Below, piece after piece: positions 20,404 through 29,617 of a DNA stretch of 64,000 nt. Within the stretch, counting starts at the first letter, position 1. Every line of letters begins with the position of its first letter. The DNA is from Mediterranea sp. (GTDB taxonomy: Bacteria; Bacteroidota; Bacteroidia; Bacteroidales; Bacteroidaceae). Under the pieces are notes generated by a model. The model ran no database searches. It saw nothing but the letters and a program-made list of their open reading frames with translations, and was not told the origin of the DNA. The stretch covers positions 5,689 through 69,688 of the forward strand of contig JAIRNG010000022.1 of the NCBI GenBank assembly GCA_031258135.1, in the 5' to 3' direction. A program made the position numbers and the translations under genes.

Positions 20404-22461
20404 TTACCGATTGGCATAGTTGATCCTATAGTTTATGCCTGCCCTGAGCCAGATGCCGGGCTGGGGGATATTTCCCAGGTCATAGTATTTACGGTCCAGC
20501 AGATTGCCGGCTTCGGCATAGATCGTATGGTTGTCTGCGTTCCACGATATTTTTAAATCGAGCAGACAGAATGATGGATAGGATACGAGTTGGCCTGTGG
20601 ACTGATGTTCTTTATTATAGTTGACATAGCTGCCCATGCGGTCTTGCCAGCGGAAAGCCCAGCTTGCATTTAACTTATTCCATATCCGGTGGTTAAGACG
20701 GGCTACGAACTTATGGCGCAGATACTCCAAAGCATAGTTGGATTTGTATATTTCCGTGTCATCGCGCCTTTTCTGATAGATATAGGCGTATCCAACGGTT
20801 AGCCTGTCGATGAAAAAGTTCTCATTTCCGGGTTGCCTGAAACGGAAGGTTGCGGAGGTTTCCATACCCATATTGTCCAGCCTGAAATTGGCGGAATGAT
20901 AGCTGTCACCAGCCGTATACATTACCCAGTCTATCATGTTCTCGCCTTTATGGTAGAAACCGTTCAGAGTGGCGTCTACGAACGAGTTCCGGTATTTGGC
21001 GCCTGCACTCACCGCTTGTGTCTTTTCAGGTTTCAGTCCGATATTGCCCTGAATCGTAGGACTTTTATAGTACAGGTCCGTGAAGGTAGGCATGCGTAGC
21101 GCTTTGTTCCAGGAGGCGAACAGTTTCCATGTTGTTGCCGGTCGGTAGGAAATATCTATTCCGGGATAATACCGGAGCTTATGATCGAGCGCGGTGTTCA
21201 TATTGGCCATGATTCCCATGGATATGGTCACTTGTTTGAGCAGGATATTGTGTTCCAGATAATAGCTGATGTTTGTCCGGTTATCCTTTTTATTGAATAG
21301 AACCTCTTTTTCGCCGGGAACATCTATATATTGACTCTCTTCCAGCGGTTTTCCCAGGTTCGTACTCAGGATGCCTTCGTTGCGAAATTCGGCTCCGAAA
21401 GCGGTTTTTCCGGCGATTGTGTTGAAATGTACATTCAGGTTTGCGCCATAAACATCGACGAGATGGAAATTCTCTCCGGTAGCCGTACCACGTATCAACT
21501 GAAAATGGTCGTGCGCCCGGTTCCAGTAAACGGTAGGAGTGAAGCGCAACCATCCTTTCGTTTCTGCCTGCACGGAAACCATGTACCGTTGAAGCTCTTC
21601 GAACTGATCCGGGTATGCGGCGGAATAAAAGGTATTTGCACCGAAAGATTGATTGCTAAATCCGAGTTGCCATCGCACATTTGCTTGCGGAGAGGTGTAG
21701 GCGCCTTGATAGTAAGCGCGTCCGGTATGGAAATCACTGTTTTGCGTTGCGCCGTCCGAACGGTTCAGGCTTCCGGAAATCTGGTTACTGAACGCATTTT
21801 TGGTATGGTTTACCCGCGCGTTGGCGCCGAACAGACCGTAGTCTCCGCCCATGAGGCCGGCTGACAGGTGGCTTTGCTTGTCGTTCCGCGTGACGATGTT
21901 GATGGCGCCGGTAAATGCCGATGTACCGAATATACGCGCTGCCGGACCTTCGAGCACTTCTATCCGTTCGATATCGTTCATGGAAACAGGGAAATCGGCC
22001 GAGTGATGGCCTGTTTGGGGATTGCTGATGTTTATCCCGTTGAGAAGAATGGTAATCTGATCGAATGTGCCTCCGCGTATGGAAATGTCTGTCTGCGTTC
22101 CAAATTCGCCCCGCTGGCGAACGTCGACACCTGCCGCATATTCGAGGAGGTCGTTAATGCTGTGTACCGCCGCCGCCTGAATATCTGCACGCGAGATTAC
22201 GGTTACCATTCTGGCTGACTGTGCTTCAGTCAGCGGGACGCGCGTACCGGTTACTTCAATCTCTTCCAGTTCGTAGTTTCTCAGTTGAGCGGGATTTTCG
22301 TTTTGAGCCGAAACGGATTCAACGCAGGTGAAGGTCAATGTAGTAATTGCCAATACACCAATATGAACTTCCTTTTTCAAACTGGAGAAAGCAGCGTAAC
22401 TTTTTCGACTGAACTGTCTCCAACGGATCGAGTCCCTTTGAGTTAATTTGTTTTCTTTCAT
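20404..22461 (-). CDS. TonB-dependent outer-membrane receptor (BtuB-like plug + barrel)
   Basis: EVTGTR, ISIRGG, IERIEVLEGPAA..FG plug motifs; beta-barrel C-terminus. Confidence 0.9.
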   Translation of the reverse strand: MKENKLTQRDSIRWRQFSRKSYAAFSSLKKEVHIGVLAITTLTFTCVESVSAQNENPAQLRNYELEEIEVTGTRVPLTEAQSARMVTVISRADIQAAAVHSINDLLEYAAGVDVRQRGEFGTQTDISIRGGTFDQITILLNGINISNPQTGHHSADFPVSMNDIERIEVLEGPAARIFGTSAFTGAINIVTRNDKQSHLSAGLMGGDYGLFGANARVNHTKNAFSNQISGSLNRSDGATQNSDFHTGRAYYQGAYTSPQANVRWQLGFSNQSFGANTFYSAAYPDQFEELQRYMVSVQAETKGWLRFTPTVYWNRAHDHFQLIRGTATGENFHLVDVYGANLNVHFNTIAGKTAFGAEFRNEGILSTNLGKPLEESQYIDVPGEKEVLFNKKDNRTNISYYLEHNILLKQVTISMGIMANMNTALDHKLRYYPGIDISYRPATTWKLFASWNKALRMPTFTDLYYKSPTIQGNIGLKPEKTQAVSAGAKYRNSFVDATLNGFYHKGENMIDWVMYTAGDSYHSANFRLDNMGMETSATFRFRQPGNENFFIDRLTVGYAYIYQKRRDDTEIYKSNYALEYLRHKFVARLNHRIWNKLNASWAFRWQDRMGSYVNYNKEHQSTGQLVSYPSFCLLDLKISWNADNHTIYAEAGNLLDRKYYDLGNIPQPGIWLRAGINYRINYANR

Positions 22462-22566
22462 TAATACAAATGTTTTAGTTTAAAAATTCGCTGCAAAGAT
22501 AATCTTATTTCCCAAATCGAAGTAATTTTGCCAAACTGCTTCAATGTACAAATTGTAATTACCGTC

Positions 22567-23454
22567 ATGCTTAAACTTTTAAAAAACTGGGCGCTTCCTG
22601 TCGCCATGCTTGTGGGTGCGGTGGGATATCCGTTGTTTATCCGGCTATCTTTTCTGACTCCGGCGCTTATTTTCGCCATGTTGCTGTTGACTTTCTCCGG
22701 GATATCGTTAAGGGAATTGAAGCCTAAACCGTTGCATCTTTGGTTGTTGGTTATACAGTTGGCAACTGCGGTTGCGGTTTATCTGCCGTTGCATGGCGTC
22801 GATGTCGTGCTGGCGCAGGCAGCCATGGTTTGCGTGATTTGTCCGACGGCGACATCGGCGGCTGTGATAACAGCCCGGTTAGGAGGAAGCGCCGCCAGTC
22901 TTACTACCTACACGTTATTGATTAATATAGTAGTCGCCGTTGTGGTACCCGTCCTGTTTCCTTTCATCGAGCCACACCCCGGAGTGAACTTTTGGACTGC
23001 CTGTTCCGTTATTTTGGGAAAGGTTTTTGTGTTGCTCATTTGCCCTTTTCTTCTATCCCTGTTTCTGAGGCGGGTTTTGCCGAAAGCCCATCATACATTG
23101 TTGAGCCTGCACGAACTGGCTTTCTATCTCTGGGCTTTTGCTTTGACTGTTGTTACTTCACAGATCGTTTTTTCTTTATTGAATTATGCCGAGGATATCA
23201 TGATCGGAGTACTTATTGCGGTTGTTACTGCTGTGATCTGCTGCCTGCAATTCTTTTTGGGCAAAACGCTGGGAAGTGTATATAACGATCGCGTGAGTGG
23301 CGGACAAGCTCTGGGACAGAAGAATACGATCCTGGCGATCTGGATGGCCCATACCTACCTGAATCCTTTATCGGCGGTCGGCCCGGGCTTTTATGTGATC
23401 TGGCAGAATGTGATTAACTCCTGGCAACTCTGGAAGAAGAGAAAAAAGGGTTAA
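22567..23454 (+). CDS. Bile acid:sodium symporter (BASS)-like transporter
   Basis: Multi-TM protein with CPTATSAAVIT..LGG and GQKNT motifs. Confidence 0.8.
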   Translation: MLKLLKNWALPVAMLVGAVGYPLFIRLSFLTPALIFAMLLLTFSGISLRELKPKPLHLWLLVIQLATAVAVYLPLHGVDVVLAQAAMVCVICPTATSAAVITARLGGSAASLTTYTLLINIVVAVVVPVLFPFIEPHPGVNFWTACSVILGKVFVLLICPFLLSLFLRRVLPKAHHTLLSLHELAFYLWAFALTVVTSQIVFSLLNYAEDIMIGVLIAVVTAVICCLQFFLGKTLGSVYNDRVSGGQALGQKNTILAIWMAHTYLNPLSAVGPGFYVIWQNVINSWQLWKKRKKG

Positions 23455-23512
23455 ACACAGAGTCACGGAGTCACGGAGTTAACGTTCACTTCGCTCGCCG
23501 GGAGTTAAAGTT

Positions 23513-24820
23513 TCAGGGTATATCTTTTCTGTTGCGCACCATTTTAAGTAGCGGAAGGATAAAAACCAGCAAGACCGGCATCAAAAACACAATACTTTTG
23601 TTCTTGCTGCTGAAGTCGAAAACACTGTCCCGCGACATGGCTTCCACCATGGAAAACAGTAGCAGGAACACTTCAAAACTCAGCACGATGAAGAGGGTAA
23701 TCATATAATCCCTATTCTTGTTCAGGTAACAGGGAAATGCCGGAATCGTCCAGTACAGCGTGAAAAACAATATGATCAGAATGACGATTACCAGCAAAAT
23801 CGCGGCGTATATTTCCCAATTATTTTCAGGATAATCGCTGTTAATCAAATCAACAATATCGGAGTCACGAAATTCATAAGGGGAAGTGTACGGCAACTCG
23901 TTGGGATAACAGAATCCCGCTAAATAAAACTGGTCTGTCACTTTGGTCAACAGAAAATAATCGTCGGCATCTTTCTTTGTAATGACTGTTGTTCCGGCAA
24001 ACAGACGGTCGGGATCGCTGCCATCGAGAATAAAAATACTGTCGGTCATACTGGCAATGCAGGAAAGATATTCCCGTTCCGATGCGCCTCTTTCGCCGAA
24101 AGAAAAATACACTTTCAAGCTGTTTATCGTTTTCAGGGAGATGAAATCCGTAACCAAAGCAACCGATTTGGCAAACTGCGCCATCGCACGTTTTTCCCTG
24201 AATGAGAAGTCGGGAAAATAAAAGTTCACGCCGCGGATTTTCCCTTGTTCCGCCGAATTGGTTTGATGGATGTATCTGAAGAGTTGAATAAGATAGGTAT
24301 TGACTAAACCCGGCGATCTCAGGAAAAAATCCGTATTCATTTCGCCGCGGCACTCAAACATGATATCCGCATTTCGGTTTATGCGGGCAAGCGTATCCGG
24401 TACGGGTGCGGGATTATAGCGCATGAAGGCCGTGTCGGGCGATGCGTAAAGTGAAAAAACACCGCGTATCCATCTCTTTTCGGAAAAACCGGGCGCAGTC
24501 CGCAACATGGGCATAAAATAGTTCAGATACACTTCTTCGGGCGAATAGCGGCGGGTACTGTCCATGAGGTTAAGATACAGGAGAAACCGCCGGACGTACC
24601 TGTCATAACTTATACCCAATTTCTCTGTAATATCATTGAGATCGGATATGAAAATATAGGTCGTATCGTGCAGGAAAACCGTATCCGGCGTATATGTATA
24701 GTATTCATCTTCGTCTTCATCTTCATCCGTTTCATCATCCTGTGCGGACAAATAAAGCGGAAAACAGACAACGAGTAGCGCCAATGCCATTATTCTGTGT
24801 AATATCCCTGAGTTTTTCAT
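23513..24820 (-). CDS. Membrane protein: signal peptide, degenerate GH18-like domain, three C-terminal TM helices
   Basis: FLRSPGLVNTYLIQL...RGVNFYFPDF...AMAQFAKSV resembles the GH18 core but lacks the DxxDxDxE acids. Starts 3 nt after the ATPase stop. Confidence 0.6.
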   Translation of the reverse strand: MKNSGILHRIMALALLVVCFPLYLSAQDDETDEDEDEDEYYTYTPDTVFLHDTTYIFISDLNDITEKLGISYDRYVRRFLLYLNLMDSTRRYSPEEVYLNYFMPMLRTAPGFSEKRWIRGVFSLYASPDTAFMRYNPAPVPDTLARINRNADIMFECRGEMNTDFFLRSPGLVNTYLIQLFRYIHQTNSAEQGKIRGVNFYFPDFSFREKRAMAQFAKSVALVTDFISLKTINSLKVYFSFGERGASEREYLSCIASMTDSIFILDGSDPDRLFAGTTVITKKDADDYFLLTKVTDQFYLAGFCYPNELPYTSPYEFRDSDIVDLINSDYPENNWEIYAAILLVIVILIILFFTLYWTIPAFPCYLNKNRDYMITLFIVLSFEVFLLLFSMVEAMSRDSVFDFSSKNKSIVFLMPVLLVFILPLLKMVRNRKDIP

Positions 24821-24823
24821 ATC

Positions 24824-26095
24824 TTAACCGTTAATTAGTTTTCCTTCTTTAAACTGTTCCTGCGCAATAGCCTGTTTCAACAATTCGGGCGTAAGCGTCG
24901 CCCGGCTTTCGCCATACAGCCGGATGGCACACCGCTGAATCACATTGACGATGCTGCCACCGGATAAAATATATTCCGACGCCTTGTTCAGAAGTGTTTC
25001 GCTATCGTCAGGCAACCATTCTCCGGGCAGCATTTTTTGCCATAGCCGATAGCGCAGCCGCTCGTCGGGCGTAGGGAAAAAGAGCACCGACTGGAAACGG
25101 CGGGAAAATGCCTCGTCGATGTTTTCCTTCAGGTTAGTCGCCAGGATAACTATGCCTGCAAAATCCTCAATGCGTTGCAACAGGTAGGCAACTTCCTGAT
25201 TGGCATGGCGGTCGTTGGACGACTGTGTTTCGGTACGGCGTCCGAACAGGGCGTCGGCTTCGTCAAAAAACAGAATCCAGTTCCGGTGTACCGCCTTATC
25301 GAAAATTTTGGCGAGGTTTTTCTCCGTTTCGCCGATGTATTTGGATACAATCATTGACAGGTCCACGCGGTAAACGTCCATTGCATTTTGTTTACCGATC
25401 AGGGTTGCCGTAAGCGTTTTCCCCGTACCCGGCGGACCGTAAAACAGGCAGCGGTAACCCGGTTTGACGATGCGGTCCAACCGCCATCGTTCACGGATTT
25501 CCTTCTGATGGCGTATCCACCGGACAACATCGTTTATTTCTTCGTTCAGGTTATAGGGCAAAACCAGATCCGGCCATTCCAAAGGCGTGGTAATCCGTTT
25601 GGCAGGGAAGCCTGCGCTGTATTCCGGCTCGTATTGTTTGCCGTTTATGCGGGATAGAACTTCTTCCGGTACGATCAGTTTCCCGCTTAATAACGGTTCG
25701 TTTTCGCCCTGTCCTTCCAGGGGCAGGTTGGGGATTTCCATGCCCAACTGTTTCAAAAGGAATGCGGCGGTCTGTCCGGTAGGCAGGAATCCGGAATGTG
25801 ACATACCTTTCCAGCCCCCAAATTCGGTATACGGACGGTCTAACTCTTTGTTTTGCACAAAGAGAATATCGAGCGTCTGTGGTGACAGGTGCGGCATCAG
25901 GGCAAGCAGCCATACGACCGCCTCCTCTGTCGAGAGCGTTTCCGCCTGCACCAAACCGGCTAACGGTTTTAAATCCGGCGGCGCTATCCGTTCGAGCGGA
26001 GTTGCGTCATCCGGTTGAAAATACCGTTGTAAAGCCATTTCAAGGAGCTTCCAAAACCACTCTATATACATCTTCCAATTTTCTCCGTGATCCAT
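24824..26095 (-). CDS. eCIS AAA+ ATPase (Afp15/Pvc15-like)
   Basis: GPPGTGKT, VDLSMIVSKYIGETEKNL, LFFDEADALFGRR, DRHANQEVAYLLQR. Confidence 0.92.
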   Translation of the reverse strand: MDHGENWKMYIEWFWKLLEMALQRYFQPDDATPLERIAPPDLKPLAGLVQAETLSTEEAVVWLLALMPHLSPQTLDILFVQNKELDRPYTEFGGWKGMSHSGFLPTGQTAAFLLKQLGMEIPNLPLEGQGENEPLLSGKLIVPEEVLSRINGKQYEPEYSAGFPAKRITTPLEWPDLVLPYNLNEEINDVVRWIRHQKEIRERWRLDRIVKPGYRCLFYGPPGTGKTLTATLIGKQNAMDVYRVDLSMIVSKYIGETEKNLAKIFDKAVHRNWILFFDEADALFGRRTETQSSNDRHANQEVAYLLQRIEDFAGIVILATNLKENIDEAFSRRFQSVLFFPTPDERLRYRLWQKMLPGEWLPDDSETLLNKASEYILSGGSIVNVIQRCAIRLYGESRATLTPELLKQAIAQEQFKEGKLING

Positions 26096-26104
26096 ACGTA
26101 TTCC

Positions 26105-28852
26105 CTATCTCCATTTAACGTTCATTGTTTTCTTCATCCAACCGTATTTTATGGTTCTGAAATTCCACGGGCAACTGTCGAGAAGTATGTCGTAAGTCCT
26201 TTCTTCTACTGTCAGCTGGTAAAAATCTTCTTTTTCTTCCGATTTTCCGTTCCGCTGCAAAAAGCCTTCGCGAAATCCGGCGGGGGAGGTGTTTTTCAGT
26301 TTTTCCCAATGTTGCAATATGCCCTGAAGCATTGAATTTACCGTTTCCGTTTCCTGTTCCGTCAATTCAATGCGGCGAGGGATGGGAATGCCTGTTTCAA
26401 ATCCGGTCAGCAGTTTGTTCAGGGTCATTTCGTATTCGGGATATTCACGATCCGCCTGTCCGGACAGGACGTACTGTATCAGAAACATGGCCCGGATTTG
26501 GGCGTCGCGGTCTTTGAACCGGTTGTTTTCCGTCAGTTCCAGTATTGAAAACAGGCGGGGCAGGTAAGGTGAAAGCAGCGTAATACCGGCATTGCCGATA
26601 AACGTACCGGCCGGCTTTTCGGTTTCCCTGCCTGTTTCCGCTTTGTCTTCACCGGTTTTCCTGCCGCCTGTATGAGTGTCTTTCCGTTCTTCCGTCCTGA
26701 TTTCGCCGATGGTTTTCCTTAACTCCTGCGCGGCGGGAAAATCGACAGCCACATAAAAATAATCCAGTAATTCGATAAACGAAAGGTTGTAATGCGAGGC
26801 TATCCGCCGGAGTGTATGGCCGACAAACTGTTTTTTATTGAAAGCGACATGTTGAAATTCAAGTAAAACTTCAAAGATGAATTTCCGCTTGATCTCCTCG
26901 AAATTGCCGGAAACCTTGCCTTGCAGGTTGCCCTTGTCACGGTAAACGTCCATGCTTTCGGAGCAGGTCCGGACAAGCAGCCTGTCTTCGGGCGAGAGAA
27001 TGTCCGGTTGTTTGACCGCGCCGCGGCGGGTGTTTTCTTCGTGAAGCAGACCGGCAAGGATCTGTTGCAGTTGGAAAGGCAGGCGCCTGTTTTTCATTTC
27101 CTCCGGTTGGAAATAAAGCAGTAAATCCAAAAAGGAAAGGTTGTAATGGGCGGACAGTCCGCGCAACACGCCGCTTACAAAATATTTCCGGCTGAAACGG
27201 TGTTCCGCCATTTCGTCCAATACGGTGAATACAAACCGCCATTTGACATCGCGGAACTCCCCGCCGGCTTTCCCCTGCAAACGGTTGGTTTCCTGCAGCA
27301 TATCCAGGCTCCGGACGTAGGCGGCGATGAACGGGTTTTCTTCGGGAAAGCGGTGGTTGAGAAAGGCGTAGCGGTCGTTCTCGGGAAAGGACTTTAAGGC
27401 TCTGAAAGACTTTAAAGACTTTAAAGTCCTTGAAGTCTTCACGGAATATGAAGGAGTTGGGGATGATAGCGCCAATTCCCTGAAAATCCGCAGCAACTCC
27501 TTGTCCAGCCGTTCCAATGATCCGGGGTTTGTGAGAAAATAATCGAGCAATAGCGCCATTTCAATGTTGTAGTGGGCGCTTACCTTCCGCAGCACCCTTT
27601 CCACGAAGTATTTGCGGTTAAATCCCGCACCGCCGTTTTCAAAAAGGACAGGAAAAATGATCTGCCATTTGAGCAGGCGGAACTCGCCACCCGCCTTGCC
27701 CTGCAATGCGCCTTTTTCTTTCTGTTCGTCGAGCGATCTCGCTGTTTCCGTTACAAATCCGCTTTCTGCCGGTATGACGACCGGCGTTAAGCCGATAATT
27801 TCCTTTTCGCGCATCTGTTGCAGGAACAAGCGGCAGGAATCGACCCCGGACAGTATCGCGATCAATGCTTCGCGGCTGTCGGGCGATATTTCTCCGGCGG
27901 TGTTGTTCTTCAGCACGGAACGGATGATTTTATAGAATCTGGCGGCGTCTGCCGAATTGGTGTTCCACTCTTTTTCCGACAGTTCCCTTTGCAGGTTAAG
28001 GAGAATAACGAACAGTTCGGACGGAATGGTCAGCGACAGGGTAAATTGTTTCAGTTCGCTTGTAATCAGTTTCAATAGTTGTCCGTAGCCCGAATTGTAT
28101 TTTGCCGCCAAACCCGTTATGGTCTGGGCGACGAAATTTTTCCTGTTGAAATATGAACCGCGATTGTTGAGCAAATAGGCGTAAACGACTAACCAGACCG
28201 TATGGCGGTGATCGCTTTCGCGGATGCCTGCGGGTTGCGCCGTTTCGCTGTATCTGGCGCGCAACAGGCGGACGTACGAGCAGATGAAACCGCCCGATCC
28301 GGGTGACAAAAGGGATACGCCTTTTTCCAGCTCCGCATCGTCCAGTTGATAGACAAGTCTTTCCTGCAATGAGGTGTAGTGTCCGTAGGTTCGCAGGAAT
28401 TGCAAGAGTTGCCTGCCGTTCCGGCGCAACACTCCGGCAAAAAGGCGGCGAATGTCGCGCTGTTTGCCGGAAGCCGTCCATGGCAGCGTTCCGTGCAGAA
28501 GGAAGTAGGAGAGTGTCTCAAAATCGTGGGCTTGTGCGGGGATTCTTTTTATCTGCGCCGGATCGCCTGTTTGCCGCTCCCGGTGGATACATTGCAGCAA
28601 GGCTTCTTCCAACTGCGTCCGGAAGCGGAGCGGAAACTGCCGGTCGAAACCGGCTTCGCCGAGTGTTCCCAAATCCAGTTGTAAGGTGTTTATTTCGAGT
28701 GTTTCGGAGGGCGTGTCGTATTTGGACAGGACGGCGTCGGCAATGCGCTCAACGTTCCGGGCGAAGAAATTGTCCCAACGGCTGTAAAGCGCACGGGCGA
28801 AGGCTTCGTTTTCCATCCTGAAATCAAACTTCAGACACTCGATGCTGTTCAT
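26105..28852 (-). CDS. Contractile injection system tape measure protein (Afp14-like)
   Basis: N-terminal LQLDLG / YFLLHGTLPW; C-terminal NAGITLLSPYLPRLF...FLQRNG...DILLDSCPW; four internal repeats. Confidence 0.88.
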   Translation of the reverse strand: MNSIECLKFDFRMENEAFARALYSRWDNFFARNVERIADAVLSKYDTPSETLEINTLQLDLGTLGEAGFDRQFPLRFRTQLEEALLQCIHRERQTGDPAQIKRIPAQAHDFETLSYFLLHGTLPWTASGKQRDIRRLFAGVLRRNGRQLLQFLRTYGHYTSLQERLVYQLDDAELEKGVSLLSPGSGGFICSYVRLLRARYSETAQPAGIRESDHRHTVWLVVYAYLLNNRGSYFNRKNFVAQTITGLAAKYNSGYGQLLKLITSELKQFTLSLTIPSELFVILLNLQRELSEKEWNTNSADAARFYKIIRSVLKNNTAGEISPDSREALIAILSGVDSCRLFLQQMREKEIIGLTPVVIPAESGFVTETARSLDEQKEKGALQGKAGGEFRLLKWQIIFPVLFENGGAGFNRKYFVERVLRKVSAHYNIEMALLLDYFLTNPGSLERLDKELLRIFRELALSSPTPSYSVKTSRTLKSLKSFRALKSFPENDRYAFLNHRFPEENPFIAAYVRSLDMLQETNRLQGKAGGEFRDVKWRFVFTVLDEMAEHRFSRKYFVSGVLRGLSAHYNLSFLDLLLYFQPEEMKNRRLPFQLQQILAGLLHEENTRRGAVKQPDILSPEDRLLVRTCSESMDVYRDKGNLQGKVSGNFEEIKRKFIFEVLLEFQHVAFNKKQFVGHTLRRIASHYNLSFIELLDYFYVAVDFPAAQELRKTIGEIRTEERKDTHTGGRKTGEDKAETGRETEKPAGTFIGNAGITLLSPYLPRLFSILELTENNRFKDRDAQIRAMFLIQYVLSGQADREYPEYEMTLNKLLTGFETGIPIPRRIELTEQETETVNSMLQGILQHWEKLKNTSPAGFREGFLQRNGKSEEKEDFYQLTVEERTYDILLDSCPWNFRTIKYGWMKKTMNVKWR

Positions 28853-29073
28853 ATTTCCGGTTTAATAAAAAGTAATCGCCGTAGTTATCGCCATGAATCT
28901 TCAAATTTAAATGCACGGACCAAGGCTTTTAACATGACTTGTAACGTTTAAAAGATTAATATTCAAAGACTAATGTTTTGTTCACGTTATGAAGATACGA
29001 CTCTTTTCCCATATCCGGTTCTTTTTTCCAAAAAAGATAGTTAAATTATACAAACGTGCGAGTTGCAGGCGTC

Positions 29074-29422
29074 CATGTATGTGTTGGCCCGTCGTCAATG
29101 ACATGGAGCAAAAACATCTATGTGTTGGCCCGTCGTCAACTACATGGAACAAAAACATAGATGTTTTTGCGCGTCGTCAACTACATGGAGCAAAAACATA
29201 GATGTTTTTACGCGTCGTCAACTACATGGAGCAAAAACATAGATGTTTTTGCGCGTCGTCAACCACATGGAGCAAAAACATAGATGTTTTTGCTCGCCGT
29301 CAACTACATGGAGCAAAAACATCTATGTGTTGGCTCGTCGTCAACTACATGGAGCAAAAACATCTATGTGTTGGCTCGTCGTCAACTACATGGAGCAAAA
29401 ACATGTATGTGACGGCCCGCCG
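29074..29422. repeat. Tandem array, ~8.5 x 41 bp, inside the eCIS cluster
   Basis: CGTCGTCAACTACATGGAGCAAAAACAT... units start at 29090, 29131, 29172, 29213, 29254, 29295, 29336 and 29377. No unique spacers. Confidence 0.95.
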
Positions 29423-29442
29423 ACGGCGTCGGGAAGAAAAAA

Positions 29443-29512
29443 ATCCGTGCAATCCGTGAAATCCGTGTCTGAATATAATCTTAAGGACACGGATTTCACG
29501 GATCACACGGAT
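29443..29512. repeat. REP-like inverted repeat built from 9-bp ATCCGTG units
   Basis: ATCCGTGCAATCCGTGAAATCCGTGTC ... GACACGGATTTCACGGATCACACGGAT. Confidence 0.8.
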
Positions 29513-29521
29513 GATAAACAG

Positions 29522-29549
29522 GTAGAGACGCAAAATTTTGCGTCTCTAC
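29522..29549. repeat. GTAG-type REP palindrome
   Basis: Perfect 28-bp palindrome GTAGAGACGCAAAATTTTGCGTCTCTAC. Confidence 0.85.
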
Positions 29550-29617
29550 TTAATCGGAGATTTAAAAGGTTTACCGGTAGACTAAAACACCTGTTCAGCC
29601 ATTTAATGGCTTTTTCT

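Noticed and set aside
29074-29422. CRISPR array
   Set aside because: There are no unique spacers (the variable part is two recurring variants), the 41-bp period is too short for repeat plus spacer, and no cas genes are present.
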